DNA of 64,000 nt from Ostrea edulis. Taxonomy: Eukaryota. The position numbers and the translations under genes were made by a program. The number at the start of each line of letters is the position of its first letter. Within the stretch, counting starts at the first letter, position 1. Location of the stretch: NCBI RefSeq assembly GCF_947568905.1, contig NC_079172.1, positions 59,520,001 to 59,584,000 on the forward strand, in the 5' to 3' direction. The notes under the pieces were generated by a model, which did not search any database, was not told the DNA's origin, and worked only from the letters and a program-made list of their open reading frames with translations. Below, piece by piece: positions 37,755-49,457 of this stretch.

Positions 37755-40186
37755 ACATCCATCAGATTTCTTCAAATATTGTAAACTACTGGTAAAGTAA
37801 TATTCGACGGGATAAAAGTGCAGTTTCTTAGATCTATAAGTCTGTCATTTTTGTATGGCTTTACGGTGATTCCTTATAAATATTGAAATAATTTTGTTAC
37901 TAAGAATATATATCTTTCAACTTATGTTGTTATTTGTATTATAAAATTTTATAAAACATAGAGCTATGATTTGATAAGATCATTGATGGAAGTGATACCG
38001 CATATAGACGAATCACACAATTTTGAATGTTCTTCATGTAACTCGAAAGAGCTTTAAATTTGACATACCCGATAACATATCAGTGATCAAACTGTTCACA
38101 AACTGTTTAGTGATTCTGCACATTGGTTGCAAAAACTGACTTTCGATTCAAATTTGAATAAATCTAGAAATTGTTGAGGCAGTTGATGGAGAGCAATGTA
38201 CGATTTTCTTACTATGGAATGGGCATTTTCTTGATACACATGAACATATTTGTTAATGTTACTATGTATGATTTGGACTCATATTTATATTTCAACTAAA
38301 AAAGACAATCATCAAAGGATCCATAAAGAATTATATCGAGACTCCTTTTATAAGAACCAGACAAAAGTTACACTTAACAGAATATCTTGATGATTATTTA
38401 TAGTTGGATGGTGTGTCACGATGTTGATGACAAGGTCAGTTATAAATGATTGTGATATCTACAGTGATGATCTCCAATACGCTCTTAATATAGCAGAGGT
38501 CACTCTTCACACTTTGATTTGTTAATGGTCAGACATTTTAAACAGAATTCAAATAATAGAAACTTCATATCATGAATAAAGGCGTGTTGTTAGTCTGAAT
38601 CTTGCTCAATCGAAATTCTATAAAGCGTAAACTGAGATTGCACACAACAAATCAGTTGATAACACATCTTAAGCTCGTATAATGATGGCTAGATGGCTAT
38701 TGTTAACATTTAACATGGATCCCTGGATATACCAAAGATGGGATAAGATGTCCAGGAGGAGTAAGCATTTCTTGTTGGCCGATCATACTCACCTTGACCC
38801 CTGTATTTTGATCATGTAAACGTAGTAATCTGTAATCAACAGTAGCATGAAAAGAACGGTATACCGATTGGTCTGAAACACTTCAGACAGCATTCGACCC
38901 AATGACATGTACATGTAGCAACACAATGGGAACATGGGAATGAAATGTATTGTGACGTCCACCTTAGGATGCCATATGGCTTAACGACAACTTTGTTAAT
39001 GCCACCATAGTTATAAGGATTGTTGATGAAGTCAAAATTAAACTTTCAAAGAAATTGTGTTAACAAGTAAAAGTTAGACTTTCAAGGAAATTGTTTTTAC
39101 AACTGATCTCAAATCATTTTATTAATTCTAGATATATCTGTAGAGTAAAACACGCTTATAACGAACACGCTTAAAACAAATTCCCGCTTATTGCGAAGTG
39201 ATATTTATTCCCCTATTAAAGAAAAGAGCGAAACTTTTACTGGATATAAAGAAGTTTAGTGATAACGGACTGATTTTCGTGGCTCTGGAGTTTCGCTATA
39301 TAACAGGGTTTTACTGTATTAGTATTTTTTTTTAAATGGAGCTCTACTAGGCCATTATATAAGAAGAAGTGGTTGCGATAACCTACAAGTTTTTTTGGCT
39401 TCAATTTAGGTCTGATTTCCGGATCCATTTCAAATTCAAAATCATCGATATTTCCACGAATTTCAATCTTTTCTTTTCCCAATCAAGCGTCCTTGAATTT
39501 CCATACATAGAAAATCAGAACTAATTGATGTTAATTTGTTTCCCTGTGCACAATCATAAAATACTGAAAATGGAGAATCAGGGCCACCATTGTAAATGGC
39601 GATGGGCATTCCTAATAAAACTACACTACGTTATACGAAAAATCCCTTGCAGCGCTATTTCCTAATGCGTAATGTCCCGATATATTTGATTGCAAAAGCA
39701 TTCATGAAACTTGCAATAGAAATACTATATTTATAATCAACTTTATTAATCCTTAGAATTTCATTGAAAGAATACGTCCGCATGCCTTTTCCTAAATTCG
39801 TTTAATTTGATAATTTGCCGAGCAGTTCAGAGGATGTCGATTGTTTACCGGTATTCACCAGAAACGTGAGAAATTTTGCTTCAAGAAGCAGTTTTTAAGC
39901 AAGAATGAAACCGTTTGAATTTCCTCGACAATTTGTAAAGCAGTAATTATAAAGCGGATTTTTCGGATCCAGCAAAAATCATCCCCAGAAGTTCCGGTGT
40001 CTCGTTAATCAATCTTGAACAAATTACAACACAGATAAGTACAGTATATATAAAATTATCTAACAGAAATATTCTGATCAAATGTTTGCTGTGTTTTATA
40101 TGTATAGAATTTGAATGTGATGAATTCAAGTATCAATTTTGTTTTCGATGGAGAGGGGTGATATCTTGAATATGAAATACCTATAC

Positions 40187-40229
<43 letters not shown>

Positions 40230-41856
40230 AGGCGATGCTTTCTCCTCCTAGGCACCTGATCCCACCTCTGGTGTGCCCAACTCTCTATTTTGTATTGCCG
40301 ATGGAAGTTTTGGGATTGATAACTAGTCGTTATCTTCGCATTTCGTATGTCATATTTGATTGTGAACATTGAATGAAGAAAGTTTTATTGAAATTGCAAC
40401 ATCTTATTTCATCGAAAACTACGTATACTTTGTTACATGAATGCATTTGAGATATATAATTCATGTGGTATTATAGAAATAACATCGTTTCACATTCACT
40501 ATATGTTATTATAACATGATGGCGTGTTGTTCTCGAATTCATTCTGAAACATATGTTACATCAAAATAGTGTTCGAGTGGGGACTTTAATTGCAGACTTT
40601 GAATTAAAAATTCATCAAAACAAATGGCATCGCTAACCGTACATAGCCACCCTGGTGTAAAGTTTTCATACACTACAGAATGGGTATCATATTAATGTAC
40701 AGAAACGTCCTCATATTGACAGTGTTGTTTCCTCGTGTTTTGACCTAGTAGTTTAATTGTTAGCTTTAATAATTCACAATTGTATCATGCTGTATCATGC
40801 CACGGTAACCGATATCCAGATTGAGTACATGATGGACAGAATAATTAACTAAGAATCAAAACAAGGTGTGGCCAGCATCATACTTGATCATACTTCTAAT
40901 GTGATGTTTGCCTTTTGTCACATTTCCTAATACTTTAATTGTTATTTGGAATAATTCACAATCGTATCATGCCACGGTTACTGATATAACCATATGGAGT
41001 TCATGTTGGACAGAATATTTATCTAAGAACCAATGTTAGGTGTGGCCAGTATTATACTTGATCATAATTATACTGCAATGTTTGCCTTTTGTCACATTTC
41101 ATTTGAAATATCTTGGGTGGTTCCACATACTTCATTTGAGTAAATACAGGACACTGAAAACTGAACATCATTTTAATGTATCAACATCAATCTATCATAA
41201 ATCGTACAATATATGTCATCAAAATTCAACAATATTTTTTTTCTGACTGGCATAAAACTAAGTGTAAGGTGTGACCAGTACTATACTTGATCATAATTCT
41301 ACTGTGATGTTTGCTTTTTGTCACATTACATTTGAAATATTTGAGGTCGTTCTACATACTTCATTTGATTAAATACAGGACACTGAAAACTGAATATCAT
41401 TTTAATGCAGAAAATTGCGTTTATGATACATGTTGCAAACTGCTTTCTATTCATTAGTGTTATGACTTCAACACATACATGTATTCCCAATCAATGATTA
41501 ACAGATTAACTCACGATCATTCTGGACTATTCATATATTTGTAGATTACTTCGTGTTATAGTTATCAGCTGTCACTATATGAGCTGTGAATGTTAAGTCC
41601 ATAACCAATTCACTAAGATTGTATGCATGCATTAAATCCTTCAAAAGTAGTGTATCATACTTGATACATCCAATTGTACATTTCTCTCTCATTATTACAG
41701 ATAATGATTGTCTTAGCTGATTTTCATCTCTAAAAGTACACTTCCATTTTAATTTTTAAAAGTGTAAAATACATTTATGATTTTATAAACACTAGAAAAC
41801 AATTTTTAATAACATGATGCAGAAAATGTGAAGACGTACTATTACTTTTTATTCAG

Positions 41857-41928
41857 ATATCTAGATAGAAATCGATTAACAACGATAGAGAGTGGTAGTT
41901 TTCAAGGATTATCCAACCTACAGTATCT
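41857..41928 (+). CDS. 72-bp symmetric LRR exon with intact splice sites (unit C)
   Basis: TTCAG|a-YLDRNRLTTIESGSFQGLSNLQY-ct|GTAAGT. Confidence 0.8.
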
Positions 41929-43029
41929 GTAAGTATTTTACTATTGTATACATGTAGTATAGCAATACTCGAAAAGTTCTATTAATGGTATGTCGTGGAA
42001 TATGAAACCATCCTTGCTATATATTTGTAAGCTATCCGTATTTTCATTTCTCGTAGTTTATAGGATTCAAATATTTTATTCGGTCTAACATCGAATGATC
42101 TCCGCAGCTGAAGTTGTTTTCACATGACGTAATGTCGTTCCCTTTGTGCGTTTTTATTTGATAGGGAATAATTCATGTTAAACAATTATTGACGCATTAC
42201 ATTAGTCCCTGAGTGGATCCAGAAAAAAACTTCATAGGGGCCTGGAGGTTGCACCTCAAGATGATATCTTTTCAGCTGTAACTTGGTTGCTTGCAGACCA
42301 GAAAATGACGATTTTGATAAAACCTTCAATCAAACGGGGTATGATCCCTTTCACCGCTTACAAATCCCTTGGTGTGGTGATTTCGTGTTATTGTCACTTT
42401 CGATTCAAATTTCATCTTCTTCAGAATATTGCAATTTACGTATATATTAATGCACATGCATTCTACCCACGAACTGCGCATCAGTTTGATTGACAGGATT
42501 AGGACAAAGTTTCTTACCGAAGCTGCAAAGATTAAACATGACTGAATTCATGAATTGAGAGGAGTTTAAACTTATTACCAAATTATCAATTATGTGCAAA
42601 CTCAGCAAAGTATAAGGACACTTCATGATAGCCACTCATCGTTTACACTGAACAGAGCGTCTTAATGACCATACACGCTAAACCCACGAGTCACGATATA
42701 TATGAGATCATTTACAAGTAATCAAATTTACAATTTCTAGAATAGTGTTTTTAGGTTGTGTCATTTAAAAACCACTTTTTCAGTGCAGATCAATAAAAGC
42801 TTGTGAATCTAAATTTTTAAAAATTCAAAATTCCATAAATGATGATCTGAGTTTTAATATAATTGATACTTTGGTAATAAGTGTAAACCCCTCTCAAGTC
42901 ATCAGTGATATAACTGAAATATATATACGTACAAAAATGTAATGAGAACTGCAACAATTTCCGATCATTTTAAGCTTAATATATAGATAGCCGTTTGTAA
43001 GCTAGTAATGATCATATCTTGAGTCCGTA

Positions 43030-43262
43030 TATAGATGATGATACAATAAAATATATACAGATGGTGATAAAATAAAATATATACAGATGATGATAAAATA
43101 AAATATATATAGATGATGATAAACTAAAATATATATAGATGATGATACAATAAAATATATACAGATGATGATAAAATAAAATATATACAGATGATAAAAT
43201 AAAATATATACAGATGATGATAAAATAAAATTTATTCAGATGTTGATAAACTAAAATATAAT
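43030..43262. repeat. ~27-bp minisatellite (ATATATACAGATGATGATAAAATAAA), about 8 copies
   Basis: Direct reading; only 1-2 copies at the same site in the other units. Confidence 0.9.
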
Positions 43263-46200
43263 TACATAAGATGTTACTCAATCGCAATTTGATGATAACC
43301 TCCAGGATAAAGAGACACAGTTTATACATAGAATAAATATTAAAAAGTCTTGCTGAACCTAACTTTAGATTGTCACTAAATGGATATATGACATCTCTCA
43401 TGATATGCCAGATGCTAATTATTTTACGTTTTTTAAAATGCTGTACATTGTGACGTGCAAAAGATCTATCATCTTGGTATAAAGGCGTAATGCTATCGTT
43501 ATTCAAAGGGGACAGCCGGAGGGGAAATAAAAATGTTATCCACAAGTTTCAACCTTACATTATCTTTAATTGTACATCATAATAACAAATAATGATCATT
43601 GTCACAAATTTGGAGGGATATCTCCCCCTCCCCTGATTTTACATGCCCGAATTCATACTCCCGTTCATGTGACATTACTGAGAAAGAATATGATATAGTC
43701 ATGTTGCAAGGCTTAATCTTTTAAATGTAAATTCTAATGCAAACGTTTGTTTGTTCGACTATTGTTTCAAAGTCAAACTTCTTATCATTACTTCCATGTT
43801 GAGTCGATGAGTGTCGAACGTGTTGTAACTAGATCACATTAATGTTTCAAAGCATCGAGTCATCTCCCATCAAGTCTATCAAATATCTTTCGTATGATTT
43901 TATAAGTTGTGGGTGTCAAGTATTGCTGATTGGGAGAAGGAAGATATTATATAATCTAGTAAAACAACACACCCATCAGATTTCTTTAAATATTGTAAAC
44001 TAGTGGTAAAGTATTATTGATGGGAAAGGTGTAGTTTCTTAGATCTGTAAGTTTGTAATTTTTGTATGGGTTTACGGTGATTCCTTATAAATGTAGAAAT
44101 GATTTTGTTACTAAGAATATATTTCTTTCAACGTTTGCTGGGATTTATATTGTGAAATTTTATAAGACATACAGCTATGATTTGATAAGATCTTTCATGG
44201 AAGTGATATCGCATTTAGACGAAACACAAGATTTTGAATGTTCTTCGTGTAACTTGAAAGAGCTATACATTTTGCAAAAACGATACCATCTCATTACTCA
44301 AAATGTTCACAGAGTGTTAAGTGATTCTGCACTTTGATTGAAAAAAAATGACCTTCAATTCAAATTCGAATAAATCTAGAAATTGTTGAGGCAGTTGATG
44401 CAGAGCAAGGTACATATCTTCTTACTATAGAATGGGCATTTTCTTGATGGACATGAACATATTTGTTAATGTTACTATGCATGATCGTAGGCTATATTCA
44501 TATCCCAACTAAACAAAAGACGATCACCAATGTATCCTAAAAATTATATCGAGACTCCTTTGATAAGAAACAGATAAAGGTTACACTCAACAGCCTATAT
44601 TGATGTTCATATGTAGTTAGATGGTGTGTGACGATGTTGATGATGAGGTCAGTTATAATAATTGTGATATCTACAGTGATGATCTTCAATATGATATTAA
44701 TGTAACAGATGTCACTCTTCATACTTTGATTTGTTAAAGGTCAGGCATTGTAAACAGAAATCAAATACTAAAAACTTGATATCACTTACATGGTCATCAA
44801 TAATGGCGTGTTGGCAGTCGGAGTTGTGTTGAATTGAAAGTCCATCAAGCCTAAACTGAGATTACACATACTAGATAAGTCGATAACACGTCTGAAGGCC
44901 GTATGATGATGGCTACATGGCTATGTTTAACATTTAACATGGACCCCTGGATGTACCAAAGATTGGATTAGATGTCTAGGACGAGTAAGCATCTCTTTTT
45001 GACCTGTCACACCCGCCTTGACCCCTGTATCTTGATCATATAAACGGAGTAATCTATAATCAAAATCAGCATGTAAAGATCGGCCTATTGATTCCTCTGA
45101 AACACGTCAGATAGCATTGGACTCAAACACATCTACATGGATATGTAGCAACACAATGGAAACACGGGAATCAAATGTATTGTGACGTCCATCTTAGGAC
45201 GGCATATGGCTTAACGACAACTTTGTTTATACCATAGTTATGAGGATTGTTGATGGAATCAAAATTCAACTTTGAAAGAAATTTGTTTACACGTGAAATT
45301 AGATTAATTGTAGATTTATATGTAGAGTAAAACACGCTTATAACGAAGACGCTTAAAATACATTCCCGCTTATTGCAAAGTGATATTTATTCCCCTATGA
45401 AAGAGAAGAGCGAAACTTTTATTGGATATAAGGAAGTTTGGCTATAACGGACTGTTCTTTTATGAATCTGGAGTTTCGGTATAACAGGGTTTTACTGTAT
45501 TAGTATGTTTAAAAATGCAGCTTTACAAGGCCAATATCTAAGGACAAGCTGAGTGATGGCAAAAACCTATATGTTTTTCTTGGCTTGGTTTTAGGTCCGA
45601 CTTCAGGATCCATCACAAATCCAATATCACAAACATTTTCCCAATTTCCAATGTTTTTTTTCAATTAAGCGTCTTCAAACTGCCATACACAGAAAGTCAG
45701 AACTAAATGATATTAATTTGTTTCCCTGTGCACAATTATAAAATACTGAAACTGGAGAATCAGGGCCACCTTTGCAAAAGGCGATTGACATTCCCCATAA
45801 AACTACACTACGTTATACGAAAAATCCATTCCGGCGCTAGTTACGAATACCTAACGTCCCGATATAATGTTTGATTGCAAAAACATTTTTAAAATTTGCG
45901 ATAGAAATACTATATTTATGATCAACTTTAATAATCCTTAGAATTTCATTTAAAGTATACGTCCATATGCCTTTTTCTAAATTCGTTTGATGTGATAATT
46001 TGCCGAACAGTTCAGAGGATGCAGATTGTTACCGGTATTCACCAGACACGTGAGGAATTTTACTTCAAGAAGCAGTTTTTAAGCAAGAATGAACCCGTTG
46101 GAATTTCCTTCCCAACTTGTAAAGCGGTAATTGTAAAGCGGATTTTGCGGATCCAGAAAAATCATCCAGAGAAGTTTCAGTATTTCATTAATCAATCTTG

Positions 46201-46572
46201 ACCAAATTAAAACGGATAAGTACACATGAAGGGATCACATGAATTTTATTTAGAATGGACTTCTTTTAACTGATGTTAGTTAAAAAACAATAACATCAAT
46301 GAACGAAATGTAAATATAAATATAATTACCTGACAGAAATATTTTTATCAAATGTTTGCTGCGTTCTATATATATATATAGAATTTGAATGTAATGCATT
46401 CAAGTATCAATTTTGCTTTAGATAGAGAGGTGTGATATATTGAATATGAAATACATATGCAACATATCTAAATATATGTCTCTGTATTGTGACGTCGTTA
46501 TATTGTTATCGTCATCTTTTATTTGAGATTTTACCTATTGATTACTGGCCATTGAGGCAATGTTTCACATTT

Positions 46573-46638
<66 letters not shown>

Positions 46639-48243
46639 GGAGTCGGTAGACTGATTTTAACTACGGATAGCTCTGTTTACTTGATCAAGATATAGGGATT
46701 ATGGTGGGTGAGACCAGTCGACAGGGAATGCTTTCTCCTCCTAGGCAGCTGATCCCACCTCTGGTATGCCCAACTCTCTATTTTGTATTGCTTATGGGGG
46801 TTTTGGGATTGATAGCTAATCGTTATCTTCACATTTCGTATATGTCATATTTGACTGTGATCATTGAATGCAGAAAGTTTTACTCAAATTGCAACATCTT
46901 ATTTCATCGAAAGCTACGTATACTTTGTTACATGTATGCATTTGAGATATATAATCCATGTGATATTATAGAAATAACATCGTTTCACATTTACTATATG
47001 TCACTACAACATGATGGCGTGTTGTTCATGAATTCATTCTGAAACATGTGTTAAATCAAAATCTAAAATAGTGTTCGAGTAAGGACCTTAATTGCAGACT
47101 TTAAATCGAAAATCCATCAAAACAATTGGCATCGCTTACCGTACATGGCTCATCCTGGTGCAAAGTTTTCATACACTACAGAATGGGTATCATATTGATA
47201 TACAGGAACGTCCTCATACTGACAGTGTTGTTTCCTCGTGTTTTGACCTAGTACTTTAATTGTTAGCTTTAATAATTCACAATTGTATCATGCTGTATCA
47301 TGCCACGGTAACCGATAACCAGATTGAGTTCATGATGGACAGAATAATTAACTAAGAACCAATACAAGATGTGGCCAGCATCATACTTGATCATACTTCT
47401 AATCTGATGTTTGCCTTTTGTCACATTTCCTAGTACTTTAATTGTTATTTGGAATAATTCACAATCGTATCATGCCACGGTCAGTGATATAATCATTTCG
47501 AGTTCATGATGGACAGAGTATTTATCTAAGAACCAATGTTAGGTGTGGCCAGTATTATACTTGATCACAATTATACTGCAATGTTTGCCTTTTGTCACAT
47601 TTCATTTGAAATATCTTGGGTGGTTCCACATACTTCATTTGAGTAAATACAGGACACTGACAATTGAATATCAATTTAATATATGAACATCAATCTATCG
47701 TGAATCGTAACGATATATGTCATCAAAATTCAACGATATTTTTTCTGACTGGCATATAATGAAGTTTATGATACATGTTACAAACCGTTTTCTATTCATT
47801 AGTGATATGACTTCAACACATGCATGAATTCCCAATCATTGATTAACAGATTAACTCACAATCATTCTGGACTATTCATACACTGGTAGAATACTTTGTG
47901 ATATAGTTATCAGTTGTCACTATATGATTTGTGAATGTTAAGTCCATAACTAATTGACTAAGATTGTATGCATGCATTAAATCCTTCAAAAATAGTGTAT
48001 CACACGTGATAAATCCAATTATACATTTTCCGAAGAATTATTTTTGTAATTCTTTATGAAGATTTTTCTCTCATTATTACAGATGGTGATTGTCTTAGAT
48101 GATTTACGACTTTAAAAGTTCACTTCCATTAATGATTTATTCTCACAAGTGTAATATACAGTTATGATGTTATAAACACTAAAACAATTCTGAATAACAT
48201 GATGCAGAATGTGTGGAAACGTACTATTATTTTTTTCATTCAG

Positions 48244-48315
48244 AGATTTAGAACGAAATCGATTGATAACGATAGAGAGTGGTAGTTTTGAAGGACTATC
48301 CAAGCTAGAGTATCT
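48244..48315 (+). pseudogene. 72-bp LRR exon, donor lost (unit A2)
   Basis: CAG|a-DLERNRLITIESGSFEGLSKLEY-ct|TTAAGT. Confidence 0.8.
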
Positions 48316-49153
48316 TTAAGTATCTTATTATTGTACACTTGTATTATATCAATACTTACAAATTCTGTTCATGGATTGTGGTGAAATAGTAAGCCATCCT
48401 TACTAAATATTTGTAAGTTGTTCTAATTTTTATTTCTCTTGGTTTATAAGATTGAAATATTTAATTCGGTCTTACATCAAATGATAACCACAGGTGCAGT
48501 TGCTTTCACGTGAAGTGATGGGGTTTCCTTTCTGCTTTTTTTATTTGATGGGTTAGGGAATAATTCATGTTAAACAATTATTTACGCCTCACTGGGTGAA
48601 TTTAGAAAAACTACAGAGAGGCCTGGGGGTTGCGACTCAAGATGATACCTTTTCCGCCTATAACTTGGTTGTTTGCAGACCACAAAATGGCGATTTTGAT
48701 AAAACCTTAAATCAAATGGGTTTCAACCCCTGTACACAATTACAAATCCCCCCCACCTACGTTATCGTGACTTTGGATTCTAATTTCGTCTGATTCAGAA
48801 TTTACGTACATATTAAGGTACATTCATTCTGACAACGGACTGTATATCATTTTGATTCACATGATTTGGACATATTATCTTACCAAAGCTCAAAATGATT
48901 AACATGGCTGAATTCATGAACAATTATATGAGGATACTTTTCATTATAACCACTTGAAGTTACACTGAACGAACATACATGCTAAAACCAAAAGTCACAA
49001 TATATATGATGAGATCATTTACAAGTAAACATGATCACGATTTCTACAATAATGATTTTCATTTTTAGAGTAGTTGTAGTGCTAGATGTATTTATATGTA
49101 GGTTTTGTTATTATGCTCTGTTGATATTGACCACATTATGTAATTATTTTCGT

Positions 49154-49194
49154 TTGTCCTGAAGAAGGGACGGGTCGTCCCGAAAATTTGACAA
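49154..49194 (+). ncRNA. Minimal type I hammerhead ribozyme, second family (extra A after A9)
   Basis: TTGTC-CTGAAGA-A-GGGACG ggt CGTCCC-GAA-AATT-T-GACAA: 5-bp helix I, 6-bp helix II, palindromic AATT helix III. Confidence 0.65.
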
Positions 49195-49293
49195 TCTCGT
49201 TGTTCGTGTCGTTGGTCATTTTAGTGCTTTGTATAATGTTTTGTATTTGACCTTGTATCCATGTTGTGGATCCGACACTTTGAGGTATCGGGT

Positions 49294-49457
49294 NNNNNNN
49301 NNNNNNNNNNNNNNNNNNNNNNNNNNNNNNNNNNNNNNNNNNNNNNNNNNNNNNNNNNNNNNNNNNNNNNNNNNNNNNNNNNNNNNNNNNNNNNNNNNNN
49401 NNNNNNNNNNNNNNNNNNNNNNNNNNNNNNNNNNNNNNNNNNNNNNNNNNNNNNNNN
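49294..49457. other. Assembly gap (N run, 164 bp)
   Basis: Ns in sequence. Confidence 1.

Noticed and set aside
43012-43545. Longest ORF in the track (177 aa, minus strand)
   Set aside because: Low-complexity Y/I/F/H translation of the 27-bp minisatellite.
45700-46010. Long, stop-poor minus-strand frame (...EILRIIKVDHKYSISIANF...NCAQGNKL) faintly like a fibrinogen domain
   Set aside because: Two stops are conserved between units and the GGWW/C motif is missing. It is more likely an antisense shadow. A BLASTX of the unit consensus would settle it.
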